From positions 14,437,350 to 14,501,349 of the forward strand of contig CM082581.2 in NCBI GenBank assembly GCA_040954595.2: a stretch of 64,000 bases of DNA, read 5' to 3'. Within the stretch, counting starts at the first letter, position 1. Every line of letters starts with the position of its first letter. A program made the translations under genes and the position numbers. This DNA is from Balanoglossus misakiensis (taxonomy: Eukaryota > Animalia > Hemichordata). The notes beneath the pieces were generated by a model, which was not told the DNA's origin, searched no databases, and saw only the letters and a program-made list of their open reading frames with translations. This document shows, piece after piece, positions 23,201-38,200 of this stretch.

Positions 23201-26200
23201 AATCTACTCGCACACTGTGAGATTTTTTTTGTCCTGCAACAGATTGCACATAAATCAAAATAATGTTGACATTTTATTAGCAAGTGTGATGAAAAATGGT
23301 TATTGTCGGTGTGTAAAACTGCAAAAGGGAAATTTGACCAGTAATTATTGCTTGGAATTGCGCTGCTTGACTATCAATCATGACGACCTGAAAATATCGG
23401 ACGAAGACTCAATACAACAACCTATGAAAGCTGATGGCTTGCAGCATAATTGAATATTTCAGACACGGCGTGCGCATTTCAGTATTCACCACTTGAAAAC
23501 TAAATTAGCATTTTCAAATCACTTGACAGAACTACCAAATCATTTACAGCCTTGGGGATACATTTTAAGTAACTTCTTCAATGAACCGGTCAACTTGCAT
23601 CTTAAAAGGCGTACCACTCGCGTGAATAGCGCCATCACACAACATCCATTGTAGCCAGTTGTGAACCAAATGTTAATAAAATACAAACCATCTTTAGTGA
23701 TTTAGAATTTCCATAGTAACAGAATGAGAAATCTGTAAAACTGCCGGAAAGAGGTCATTTGTTCAAAATATCAGTTTCCTGTGGACTCTATTTCAATATC
23801 ATCTGTTTCTAAGGGAGTTGGATGGTTACTGGATCTTTTCCAAAGTGATAAACCATTATGGTTATACGAACAGCTGCTGTTGGTATGATGATTCACAATT
23901 ATTTGTGTAAACATCGGCCACTGTGATTTCTTGGCACAACGCCATTGTTTTTAATGGCGACAGTGTCGTTGAACCAATATTATATGCATGAAAATACTAC
24001 AACACACATTCACACAATCGTGATCCAAGCAAGTTACAAGTAATTAGTATGCATTCAATGGATATATTTCATCCAACAATAACAGCAATGGAAACGGTGT
24101 TGGTTATTTTCTTGCTAAACAATCAAACTTATAACCTACAGTGACTGGCTTTAATTCAATTCTGCTGAGTTATTCCAAACGGTGACTGGCACAGCAGTTG
24201 AAGGATGCAAAGACCCTGACTCTTTTGACGTCAGGCCAGCGCTGTGGGAGTTCACTTTGGGATGTTAGAAATACAAGCAGAGTACATAAGCAAGCAGTAC
24301 AAGGCCGTGTGGCCTTGAAGACAATAATCCAGGATAATGTGCACGCGTAGAAACTGAGACTTTTGGCCAAGCAATATCTCATACATTATGATGGAACATC
24401 TGAGGGCAATATTGAATTTTTCCCATTTTTTATATCTAAAAACTGAATGATTTTTAGGCCCATGATTTGCTACAACACTTGCTATGTACTGACATCTATT
24501 ACTGATAAAATACAGGAAGGACATAACTCTGATCAATTCTGCATTTTTTCTACATGTCATCTGAGATTTTAAAAAATGAGCATGTAGGCTAATATACATC
24601 AACATGTCCAGTTCCGCAGAGAAAATGAACATCAGTAACAATTTTTATGGCATGCCTCCAAAGCACATTACTGCAGACAGCTGAAAACATTTCCAACCAC
24701 TAATTGGAGATAACATCCCATTTTTTTTCAACAACAAAACAGCAACCTGGCTGTGGTATGCTAAGGAGATTATGGAGAGTGCATGGCATATGTTTGTCCC
24801 ACTTCACTCCGAAGATAATTGGACGTTTTTGGTGATATGTTGAATTTCTGATGAGATTCCAAGGAGATAAAAGTGTATTGGCCTTGTTAAATTTTTTATC
24901 AAGTGTACTGGATTTTGTCTGTTGCTACTGTTGGTGATTTGACTGAGCTGAATTTATGCTGCCTCTTAAGTCTCAGTAAAGTGGCATGATCAGACATCTA
25001 ATCATGTTCTTTCTCATTATAAACAAAATGCACAAAATAATATGTTACATGGGATAAAAGTATATCGTTTACTCTGTTTTCGTCTAGATGTCTATTTTCG
25101 TCAACATTTATGCCAAACATTTCAGCAATGCCACATACAGATGCTCGTCAATGACTACAGGGAATAATTATGAAAATAGTCAATTTTCCTTCTCAGAGAG
25201 AATGAAAAACAGCACTTTCTTTGATTATATTTGTTACTTTTGGCTGTTTTTCAGGATCTTTTGCTTTGTTTACTGAGTCCATAATCTTGTTCTCTTCCCA
25301 ACAATATCCCAAAATAGCCAGATATCTGCTTGTCAACAAGTCATGCATATGTGTAGTGACCACTGTTATTGATGACATGTACTATGAGATGGTGAATCAT
25401 CTTCATGATGCCTGTCACGTTTTTTTTTGTTAACAGCGCCCTCTACACTTGACCTGTCTACAGGCGATGTGTGAAACGCACAATATTTTGATTGTACTGT
25501 ACTACCAGAACAGAAATACAATGATACCGACGAACAGACAGACACTTGTGGTATAGACTCATATTACAGAGTGCCTTCAGGGGCTAAAAATTAATGTGGC
25601 CAAACACTGATTACAAGCCCGAACTGTGCTTCTGACTGCAAGGTTTTACTGCAGCAAATAAATTGTTGGTATATCCGATTACTTTTATAGAGTCTAAACC
25701 CAAGGACAACATGCAAATGCTCACACATGCAGGCAGATTAATATACACATTCAAACAAATCGACCGTTGCATATTACATCATGGACAACAGTGCATACGT
25801 TTCAAAACCGACAGGATGTATTTTATCGTCGCTTGTAAATTCTACAATTCACATCAGAAGCATTTTGATGGCCGTCTTTTAATGAGTTCGTTTCAACGTA
25901 GATGTGCGCTAAAAATAAGAGCGCACATAATAAAATAAACATTATGATTTGTGAGTTTGGAATGCCCTGCATATTTATATAGAGAAATTGCTGACAATGT
26001 GGGTGTTAAGGGTCAAAGGTCACCATGTGTTATCACATATGAATTTCAACTGGCATATGACCTGTTTAATGAACCCTGTGCATTGCTACTATTAAAAATT
26101 CTGGACTTACATACATTACTAAAACAGGAGATGTATGATGAGGCCTTTGCTATTCTTATATACAGTGACTGCGATTGTGGAATATTCATTTAAAAAGGTT

Positions 26201-29200
26201 TGAAATATTTCATTGGAAATAGCTGAAATATTATGGAAGAACCAATCTTGTTGGAATGATCCGACTTTTCCAAAGGTTTAAATCTGTATATTAAAATCAG
26301 AACTGGCAGCAGTTGTTTGACACATTTGATGATCATTGAAATGGCAAGTGCAGAGCCACAGCTGATCTAAACTTAAAGGGGAAATCCGTTGTAGCTGATT
26401 TCCACATAATTTGGTAGCTTTGAGGTCACTCTTTCAGAAAAAAACATATTCGCCATGAATAAGTCGCGCGATTTTTTACAAAGTCTAGGGAAAGTTGGCA
26501 GAATTTCCAATATGGCGTTTACTGTAATTTGAATCATGGGAAAAAAAGCGCCAGGACCAACTTCCGCCCACCATGTTGTGGGTGATACCATTCTCCGATT
26601 GGTGTCACTGGGCAACAGACTAGGCGTATTTTCATAGCTATTGTTTGTTCTTTGCATCAGTTGATAGACAATCATCAGCAAAGTTGAAAATTTGTCATCT
26701 ATTGACAGTTTTCATGAGCTAAAACCCATGAAAAATATGCAAATACGCTTAGCCTGTGACGCAGTGACACCAATCGGAAAATGGTATCACCCACACCAAG
26801 GTGGGCGGAAGTTGGTCCTGGCGCTTTTTTTCCCATGATTCAAATTACAGTAAACGCCATATTGGAAATTCTGCCAACTTTCCCTCGATTTTGTAAAAAA
26901 TCGCGCGACTTATACATGGCGAATATGTTTTTTTCTGAAAGAGTGACCTCAAAGCTACCAAATTATGTGGAAATCAGCTACAACGGATTTCCCCTTTAAC
27001 AATGCCTGTATACTAAATGATTATGTTAAATATGCTTACTGTGCATTAGTTAGCACATTAAATGGAGTTTCCCTAATAACGCTGTCTGTTTGTGAACAAG
27101 GCTTTGAACAAATTTAAATTCTCTCTTGTAGAAAATCTATCTACATTTACTGTACCAGACTGAGATAAACTGAATGCAATTTTTGGTGTTCTCTTGAAAT
27201 AAATTCTGTGAACCCAATTTCTATGTAAATCACAACTGTACTGACGCATAGACCACTTCTTGTTGCTATGGCAATTTGTGCCAGTTAATTGAGTTTCACT
27301 TCAATTCGGTTCTTCTTCTTTTTCTGGCTACCTGGAGGATTCAGAGTTCAAGTTTTCAATTTTCACTGAAGAAGCAATCAAAGTTCAACAAATTCAGCTT
27401 GTGAAAAGAACAATGAAGACAGTCTACCTGGGTGCTTTTTCGCACAATTTCACAGAATTTATTTTGTCTCCGTTGTCATGCACACAAATCCCACAATTGC
27501 TCATTCACTTACATGATAGAAATCACACATCCACAAAAAGACACACACTCTCTCCAATGTTACAGTAGATGCAATGACAGCACATGCTTCAAATATCACA
27601 GCTCCCAAACAGCAACCCTTGTGATGCTGTGTTATTCCTCGTCTCTCCATAAACGCCAAATCATGGATATGTACCTCATTATGCAGTTTCTTTGTATCAT
27701 TGAAGTTTGAAAGAAATCCACCCAAGCATGTCTGGGGACAGACGGAGGTCAATCTAGAATGTCTCACAGACTTCGACTGAGGGGACTAAAAGATGTACAC
27801 AGCAACTCAAAAGATACTGACAGCTAGTGGCTACAGACAGACATGCAGGCAGACATACAGGCCCCTGGGATGTTCAGCGCCCTGTGGACCCCAAATCTGA
27901 ATAATGTACCATTTTGGACAAAATTTCAGTGAATTCAGGAAACAAACGACAGGAACTGAAGAAAGCCACAAAGCAAAATGTAGCAAGGTCACTTGGGAAC
28001 GAGGCAAAGTCTGACATGTGGCAGACAACTTTTGAGAACAGCTCGCTTGTCTGGTAACCTTAGCCAATCTCTCATGTTGCAAGGGCCAATAGGAAATCAG
28101 AATTTCGCTCTAATGGGGTCAAAGGTTGACCACAATGCCACAGCAGCACTTCTCTTATTAAAAGTTGACATGTTTGTTCAAACACTTGCCAACATGCACT
28201 TACCAAAATGGCTGGAAATAAATTATACAGGGAATTATTACTTGTCGCCAACAAAGCGTCTAAAATCATTGCAGCTTCTGTCATTCACTACACTTTTGAT
28301 CAGAAGTTAATTTCCTGATTCACATTTGAATGTCAGATGAATGTAAATTACAAATTAATGGACATAATTATATACCCCATTGTCAAAACATTTAATGACT
28401 AAATTACAATCTGAAACCTAATTTCACAGCTAAATGATTTGGATTTCGTCATGTTCCATTGCGCAGTTTCTGATATTCGCCGCCCCAAATGCCATCAATA
28501 GGCCAGGGATGTTTGAAATCAGAATTAGTTGGCTACCAGACAGATTTTTTATCATAGTCTAATGATTACATACTTACATACTGTACCCACAGACAGGTGA
28601 CATCAGCTGACCTTTGTAAATTCGTGAGGCTGGCCAAATTCATGATTCTAAATTTAAACTGCGTTGCTATGTACACGGCATGCATCCTGTTGTCAATTAG
28701 ATGGGTTGACAGCTACATAATGCTATATCTCAGAAAGCAACTCCAGTTTTCAAAACCACAGGGACATGGGATGATGTGTGTGTATGCAGTCACTGCCAAT
28801 CGCAATGTTGAATTCCTCTCTCAGCTCATAACAAAGAATATTTGTAAAATAGTGGCCTGGCCATCCGTGAATGATGATTTGGTTTACTTAAAGTATAAAA
28901 GTTTTGACTGAACGGCAGAAAATAAGATAGCTGACGGCATCTCTCAGAAAAACATCTATCCAGCAGAGAAGCTCTAGGTTTGAAATTTGAGTATGGCCTG
29001 GAAAAACCATCCCAACAGATGAGTCAACTTCCTACATAACATCTGTATTTCTATATGTGGCCCAGGGCATACAAGAATATGTAAACTAGTGTACAATAAT
29101 GACTGCAGTTTTTCAGGGAGCATCAAATTATGGAGAGTTCATATTATTACTCCAAGCATTCAAACCAACATGCATTTTGCAATAAATCAATGGTACACTA

Positions 29201-32200
29201 TTCATGAAAATGGTGCTCAGTAAACAACTGTTGCTAGACTTGGTCTGGGATCTATCCTGTGCTTTCTGCAGCCAGGAAGATGTCCTTATGATGATGTCGC
29301 CAAACTAGCAGCTGACACTGTCCATGCAATGCTAGATCATGTAATATGGATGCAAAGGGATTGCAAGAGATCACATTGCAAGTTCCAGGGTAGGCAAAGG
29401 TCAGCACATGTATAATGCATACACGCAGATGACAAGCTTGGCACAACCCCTTTGCTGCAAATCCCACCACTGCCTTGCATTGTGGTAATTTGATTCTATA
29501 TGCAGGGGTAATGCTGCTGATGTAATTTCAGCAAGCCTGTTCGGTGCTATTTCCATCCAATCAATATGATCCGGTTTCTCCTCTAATACTGAACCAACCA
29601 GTACAAGTGCTCTGAACACAAAGTACATGGATATATCAGTGGCTTCCTTGGAAACGTGGCGTCAGTGCACACAGACTCTTTCCCAACGCATTGTGCGGAT
29701 GTCGCTGCATGATAGATTGACCGATATCTCTGTAAGAGAACGCTACGCTATCAATCCATTACTGGATGTCATTACACAGGAAAAATCAGTTTTCACTCCT
29801 GAAATGTTGCATCTAACCACTTTGCGGAGATAACGCCAGTGGCTTAATGGCTTCCCTGGCAAACACAGCTAACCTACTTTCTTGCCTTCTTTGTGAGAAA
29901 CCTAGTCAGGGTTACTGAACGGTCATATTAATCCTTTCCGTGAATATCAGAAAATTACAAGCCTGAAAACAATTCTGAAAAATGAAAATCTTTTTTTAAT
30001 ATGTAAGTAAGAAAACAGTGTAAGAATTTAACTTATAACATGCTTTTAAAACCAGTTGTATGTTATGATTTGGTAGAGGCAGCTATGTGAAAATATCATC
30101 TTCAATGCAAAAGAACCCAATAACATATTTGTCTGGAAATTACAAACTGGAGTGTTTTTCAAAGCATCCACGTCAGCTTTGCTAGAATAAATGTACGATC
30201 GGAAATATCAACATACATGTAGCAAATAAAAGGGCATATTTAACTATGACACACCAACTGGTATTTCCAATCCATTTTACAAACACCATCACACCATATA
30301 TTCATTATGTAAAATCTAATAGTAATACATATCTGTCAATATTGTCTGACGACTTTATTTTCTTTTATGACTGAACTAAAAGAGAAACCACAGAAATGCA
30401 TTCAGGGGCTTCCGCTGAGGCAGAAACTTTTTTTGCTCTTCAGATTGAGCTAATCTGAGTGCTACCATGTGGATTTCATTTCCACCTTAATGGACGCCTC
30501 AATGTTCCTGGTGATTAGACGGCATGATGAGGAATGGCTGGTTTCTATGGCAACCTGGAAGAACGGGGAATGACAGCACGACCTTCAGGTGCCAATCATG
30601 AATGCATGTACCTGGAACAAGTGTGGCACTGGGGGGGCCACTGGGCTATTCCATGCTGCATATCCAAAAACGGTGTTTTTTCTCTCTACATAATGCTGGG
30701 TTAGGTGAAAATGTCAACATCAAATACTCTCCTTCAACTCCAGGTCATAATAATAAAATCACTTTAGTGCCACTTACATTCTTTGCATGAAATCTGAAAC
30801 TAGATTTTCAAATAACTTTACAGTATCATGGGCCATGCAAGTGTTTTTTCACTTTCGTAAATTTACAACAGTTATTGTTAATGACGTACATGTAGTTCCC
30901 ACTAAATCAAGCGATTTAACAAATTGAAGTAAAACATGTCGAATTTTACCAACTTTGAATGAAATTGGTGCAGACATGTCTGAGTGACGGTGTCAGATAG
31001 ATAGACAGATGTGCAGCTGCAAGGACTGATAGAGCTCTACAAGTCTCCCTACGACTTTGTCTGTGGGGACAAAAAAGCCCAGCCACAAAATATCATTGCT
31101 GTTTTATCATCATAACCAACAGCATCCCAAGTCTCCATGATGACTTCAGCTGACACAGAGCTTGGGACCAAGTCCAGCTTGATTCAGTTTTTTAAAATTA
31201 GTTCTGAAAATTCCTTTCTTTCTTCATCCCTGTGTGATTGATAAGTCTCAGGTCACAAAGGTCACACATCAGTCACTCATCCACGCGGCTATCAGGCCAT
31301 TTCGCCAGATTTATCTGACTTGGTGTACAGATTCAAGTCATATCTTAGCAACAGCAGACTGATCACTGCACGATTGCTTTACTTTGATGATGTCATGCTA
31401 CATATCTAACTGTGCTATGCAAGTTCAATTTAAATTGCCATCAACCAAGTGGTCTAAACTTAATATTATTTATTGTCTACATTATAGCCAATTGATGTAA
31501 GGTCATGAATTTTCCACTTGCTGCAACTTGCTCTAAAATAATGTACAAAACAGAGAGAAACAATGCTTCATCAGTTTCCCATTGCCTGAGTATGGAAGTA
31601 CTTGTGCTTTGTTGGGCACATATGTGTATTCCATATTCAAGATGTAATGCACAGTATTTTTTTAATATACTCACATATTCCTTGACATTCCTGGTTTTGA
31701 CAGCTTTGTAAGATGCATACGCAGGGTACAGGGTACCAAACAATAAACTGCAAAAGAAAATACAAATAGAAAATTTTAGAGTTAGTTGACCAATCATTCT
31801 AATGTTTTCTTTACTCTACATATGGTGCTGGACAATGGCCATATTGGTTCAGCGGCTACAGTATTGGACTCATGGTTGGGTGGGGAGGGTTTATGTCTAA
31901 AGGCTTGGCTGTGGTGTTTGTGGTGTTGTGTCTTTAACACTTTACTTCTCATTGTTTCTCCCTGAAGTACTGGGTAACTGGTTGGACAATTGATATACAT
32001 GTATGAATTATAAGCTCAGAACGCTACAGGGATGAGGCTGGAGAGATGAGCTGTTGGTTAGCCAACCAGCTGCAACCTTGCCATACATGTACAGCAAAAA
32101 ATGTCAAGGCTAATCAGCCACTGCCTCAAATGATGATATTGATAGCAACCTTTGCATCTATTCAGCTATCACCAGCATTAGTGAAAAGTAGGTCATCTTG

Positions 32201-35200
32201 ATTACAAGCTAGATGCCTGCAAGTGAAAACGATAGCATCATAGATAATATTTTAATGAGGCCTTCTGCGAATCACTCAATGTTTATAGCAAGACACTGTC
32301 ATAATTTAGCAAACAGTCTTTCTCAATTTTTTAATCAGTCTCCGATAGTTCATGAACCAAAACACTTTTTTCAATAAACTTCCCTGCTTTGTGCTGTGAA
32401 CTTTAGACTACTAACACTCTTAAATTAAATGTAGAATTTAACATGAATTTTTCATCAGTGAAATGGGGGAGAGCATCCTTGGCCTTTACTTCTGCCAATT
32501 ATCCAAAGATGAAAATAAAACATACATGTAGAGCAGACAGCTGGCACAAGCTTGTGCCCTTACATCACTCATTCCTACCCATGAATCATTAGCAATGCAT
32601 GTACTAAATGCAGACCAGCCAAAGTATCAACATCTCAGGCTGCCAAGCATATGGTCTGAAAATGTGTGGACATTAAAAACACACACATACAAACAAGCAA
32701 GCACACACACATGCCCTCTTAAGCACTAGTAATGGATTGCCAACTGTCACAGTTGCAGTTGTGGAATGGAGATTTTTCACAGAACATGATATACCTTTCA
32801 GTTTCATGTGTGACTGAGATTTCTGGGATGAAATTTAGTCAGCCATATCTAGTGTATGCATGAAATAACTTAGTACTTCCGTTTGTCAACAATGTTTACT
32901 CAGATGTCACAGTACAGAGTGTACGTACCGAATAGGGTCGTTGCAAACAAAGTTGCTGTGGAGTGTATTAACCTGTGTGAGTCTTTGTACAGTGAAACAT
33001 GTGGACATACATGGAAGGAATGCAGAAAATCCATCAAAACTGATACCGAACTTAAATATTAATGAAATCAGAGGAGGGACCTAGCATGCATCAACAAAGA
33101 TTGCTCATCCACTGTGGTAGCCTGTCAACCCTCTGACCTTCGAATGTCTAACATGTCTGCCTGACTCACAGCAGTGCACATCAAAAGGTGAATGTTTGAT
33201 TTCGTCAGATGGTACGTGGCGGTATCACACTGATTCTTGCTCCAAGACTGTATGATTCTACGAATCCACTCTTTTCACTTCCAAAAAATCAACAGATGTG
33301 ATGCAAATCATAGCCTTGTAGATTCCAAGAATGCCCCCAACAAGGGATATATATTAATATTACCGTAACCAGACTCTGGTATGATTTTCAAAATGCAACT
33401 CAGCATGTGTTTTTTATTCATGAATATTCAAACCATCGGTGTACACTGTGTGTGCAAAAATGTACAAAAGCTTGTACAGCACAAAAGTGAATCACAGTGA
33501 AACTTCTTGCTAATTCTTGAACACAGACACAGCAAATGCACCAATCAAAGGGTTTTTATTTTCTTATTTCTATTATTCTTGGTCTTATTCCGTGCTAACA
33601 GATGTTTGAAATGGTTCCGATCATTTCAGACACATGTTCCCAGCAATTATTTCACTGCAGTCAGTCATTCAATCTTGAATAAAGAACTCAGCTTTTGTTT
33701 CAGGTTTCCAATCGCTTGGGCACTCGACACTGGTCAGATCCTATTATTGTCAGTGAGGGATGACTGGGCATACATATAGGGCAGTGGGGTGAAGGCTTCC
33801 AAGATTAGAGTAATGAGGTATGGGAGACTAAAGGGACTGGTGGACCTCTTGTGAACATCCCCCCATGGGTTAATAGGAAGAACCTAATGACCCGAGCTTT
33901 ACTCTTCATTAATAAATTTGATCAATGCATCCAAAAAAGTACAACTAGTGCATTACAGATGGGTGTGGTTGGTTGTATTTTGATGAAATGAGGGATGAGT
34001 CCAGCAATGGAATTCTTGATTTATCTACATTAAAATAACTGGCTGGCAGGCTGTAAAATGCTCCCCCAAAGATTAAATGGCTACCAGCAAATCAAAAGCA
34101 GTTGATATCAGTCCAGGAATCTGATTCAGTGCTGAAAGCCATCTCCTAGGAAACTAGAAAGGCCTCAATGTCATGCATTCACAGCACCTTGTTAATATCC
34201 AGAATGGATTTCACAAGAGAAAATGAACCGGGGGAACAGTGCAATGTTTGCATCTGACTCCTTGAATTTGTTGTAGATAACACAATATTGTTTGTTTTTT
34301 GCTTGTACATTATGATTCTAGTTTTTGCCTGCATTATTTACAGGGTATCTGAAAGACATGTCAGGGTAGATATAAAACCAATATTTGCCACTTGTACATC
34401 CTTGTACATTCAGTTGACCTTACATCTTATCTGAGTTTGCATTATTCACAATCCATGGACAGCCATGTCCATGGATTGTGGATTGGCACAGTATCTGTAG
34501 ATACAGTTACTCTGCATTATTTACATTGCTGTATGTATCATTGAATATGTTTTGCTTGTTTAAAGCATTATTTATAAGCTGCGGGTGTGTACGTCATTGT
34601 TGATTGGTAATAATAACACTATCGAATATTTGCCACACAATTTGATTAAGGTTGACCTTTCCTGAAATTTCAGTTACACAACAACATACTTCTGTGACAT
34701 TGAACAATTATCAGACTGACCTTTGTAAATACAGTTGTCAAACAGCCTACAAGTTTCCCAGATAATAAATGCTCAAAACACACTTAGAACTGTCAATATT
34801 TACTAAGACAGGAAGATAATCTATCCTTTTTACCCAAGACATCCATAACAGATGAACATCAAAGTCAATGTGATTACATAGCAAATACTAACCCTGATCT
34901 CAAAGAGGACAGGTCATGATTTCCAAGAAATTACTGCATCCCTAAAATAACTACAGAAGAAAGATGGCATTTGTATTTTCAAGCAAGTTTGAGTCACGGC
35001 ATAGAATTATTTCTATGTGGATACAGACTTCAAATTTTCCAGGTTAGTAAATAAATGTCGTCCCTTTCCTTGGGGGGGGGGGGGGCTGGGTGAATATATT
35101 TCAGAATTTCAGAGATCAGAACAACATAAATAATCCATCAAAGGAAACTAATAGTAATATAATCAAAAATAATAATGTCAAAAGTGGGCGACCCTTCAAA

Positions 35201-38200
35201 TGTCACAGACAAGGATTGATTATAAAATGGAACAAAGACTAACGCTACAAATGAGTAATGATATATTGAATGGTCGAGAGAAAAAAGATAATTTGTCAAA
35301 TAGTTGAAAAATATTAATACTACAACAGCGAATTTTCATAATCCGGCCAAAGTATGATAAATCATAAGAACTACTGTAGTGTCATGTCCTTCCAGATTGT
35401 GACTACATGTACATGTATGCATGTATCAACCAGACTGCACCGTGACAGCAAATCCTATCTATGCAAACAGTGGATTCCTCAGGAAAAGAATTGAAGAATA
35501 AGGCATCAGTCAACAACATACTGCGATCACAATACAACTTCAGTGACTAGTAAAAATTCTTTCAATATTTGACCCGTCAGAATTCCAGATAACACAGTAG
35601 CTATCAATCAAGTTCAAACACTGAGAGTCAATGCCAACAGCGTATTCAGTTGTCACAAAAGAGAACTTTGAAATTCACCAGCGTTAAAACCTTGGACTTT
35701 GATAACATTGGAGGTCTCTCTCTCTTCTGGATGACCTCAGATGACCTGACCTTGTACACATCTGGCAGTTTGTGCAGATTTATACCTTCCTACAGTCAAT
35801 CTCCGGGGGTGCAGTGTCACAAGATGTTGGATATCAAAACACCCACCACTTAAAGTCTGGCAAGGGGCCAAATTGACATTTTTGTTGTGGTGTCCATTTG
35901 TGATTTCATAGTACAGTACCATTCTCTATAAGTACCAATGTTTATAAGTCCCAATGTCTATAATCAAACACTATTATGAATACGATGAAACTTAAATGTC
36001 ATTTTTGCATCAGCTGTACAGTATGAAATCATTTTTTTCACTTGTGTACCGTTATGTGATTTGATTTCAATTCAATACACTGATGCATCAGTGATATGAG
36101 TCTTATCTTTAGCAAGTTAATGCAAGTGCGACAAAATCCATTAAATTTTTAACATCTGGTTAAAATTTCAATGAACACAAAATGAAATGACAAGGTAAGA
36201 ATAAAATATTCAAAACATCTTGACCTGGTTTCCTGTGTAAAACGTCAAGTGACCATGAGCAGAATTTTCTGGAAATGTATTCCCATGACTCTTTCCATTT
36301 AAGTGTCTGGTCATAATATGAGCCACAAGGCACATTAAAGTTTGACCATATAAATTTACAGCCTTGTCATTCCCACTTTTTAATATCACAGTGCACATTT
36401 GGCATGCCAAGGTTACTATAATCCTTTTATCATTCTGAAAATATTGATATGCGTACGCCTGGGATCTCATTTCAACAGCCCTTCAAGGCATGTCTGATTA
36501 CATTGACTTCCTTCAACAACAGGATTTGATTTTCTAAATGCAGCCACTCTGACGTTGCCATGGCAATGGCGGAGTATTTGCCACCACAACCAATCTCAGC
36601 CAGCGCAGTAGGGGAAATTAGGTATACGATTGATGGCCATGGATACAGTTGAAGTGGGCCCTCAAGAATGTTAGCAGCTTCTGCACTACCTCTGCATATT
36701 TTTATCACATTTTCTGTGTTGAACGTAGTACTACCATTTCAACTGAAATCACTGAATTCTGTCCTGAATTGTTTAGAATGGATAATTACTATTTCTGGGG
36801 TATGCTAACATACATCTTAGGTTAACACCGGTTTAATATCATCAAAAGAATGACTTAAAGACTTAAATTCTGAAAATCCTAATTTACGTGACAAAACTTC
36901 AGACATTTCAATGTGAATCAGACTCGCCCACACATCGTCAGTAAACTAAACCTGACAAGGCTGACATCATGGCATTAAAAAATCATCACCCAAGTATATT
37001 TTACTGCTGTTTATAATTCTCGGAGACGAAAAAAGTTTGTTTGTTAATAGATAAAAATTATTGTGTATATAAGAACAGCAAATTTTTAACACTGGGCTGG
37101 CATATTATCAACCGATGAAATTGTGTTTCTATCATTCAAGTCATGGAGAGAGCCAAGGAATTGATGGGAGTATGATGTGGTTATTTGCATGTACAGTACA
37201 TGTTAACAGTAAGACAGACTATAGGAGAGTTCTCTGTATTTTATATCATTAAATTCTAAGTGATACTGCCAGAGTTAACATCATGTATACTGATTTCAGA
37301 TTCTACTCTGGAATGGGAACTTACCCATTGCTAATCAGAACTATCATGATCAGAATTCATAGACAATGACATCATCTATTCCACTGATATTGTTGTCAAT
37401 GTATTACCCACAACTGCAAATATAGACTGTGTGTTTGTTATAAATATTACACTCATTATTAGCTGGCTTTATGACCGACTGTTTTTAAGATATCATGGTA
37501 AAAATAGTGAAGTGTTTATCTGCCATTGTGTGGAGTGCTTCTACACTCATGGTATTCTATAAAGCTGATTATTTGCCAAAGAATGATTATGTAAGAATAA
37601 CATTTATCCAATATTACAGTTCAGTTCTTGATTTTTAATACAAAATACCAAATCCATCTCAGTCAACTCAAGGTCAATGAAAATTATCATTTCTCCCCTT
37701 AGGATGATTTTCACCAATATATAGTTTTTTTTCTCAATTTGATTTCCTAAATGTCACTTGCAAATGCAATCAATCTAACACCATATGGTCTGCCAATCAT
37801 TCTTGAAATGTACTTGAAAATAACAAGCAAGTTGCAAACAGGGATTCAGCTGTCTACTAATTTAAATGGGCACAGACAGCAAATCTTGACAGCCATTGGT
37901 TTCAAAATATTGCAGTGCATCATGGGAAAGGCAGGCTTTCAGTCTGACCTCTGCGCAGGTGGCCTGTCGTCTGATTGGTTGCAGTTTGTTGATGACTCAG
38001 CGAGGTGAAAACTGTCAAGCATTAAAAAAGGCCACCGAAGAAATTCTCTGGGTTGCTCGCAACTCAGCAAAACTAGCCAAGCCTGAACAAAAGTTTCTCA
38101 AATTTCTCTGATTAAAATGTTCTAATTCAAAATGTTAAAACTGGTAAATTTTTCTATAATCTGGTCACAATCAGTCTTCACCCCATCGAAATCATCTTTC

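Noticed and set aside
26373-26999. Twin ORFs (MVSPT...YNGFPL) on opposite strands
   Set aside because: Artefact of the MITE inverted repeats; no recognisable protein.
35072-35085. G14 homopolymer (possible G-quadruplex)
   Set aside because: Simple mononucleotide run with no supporting context.
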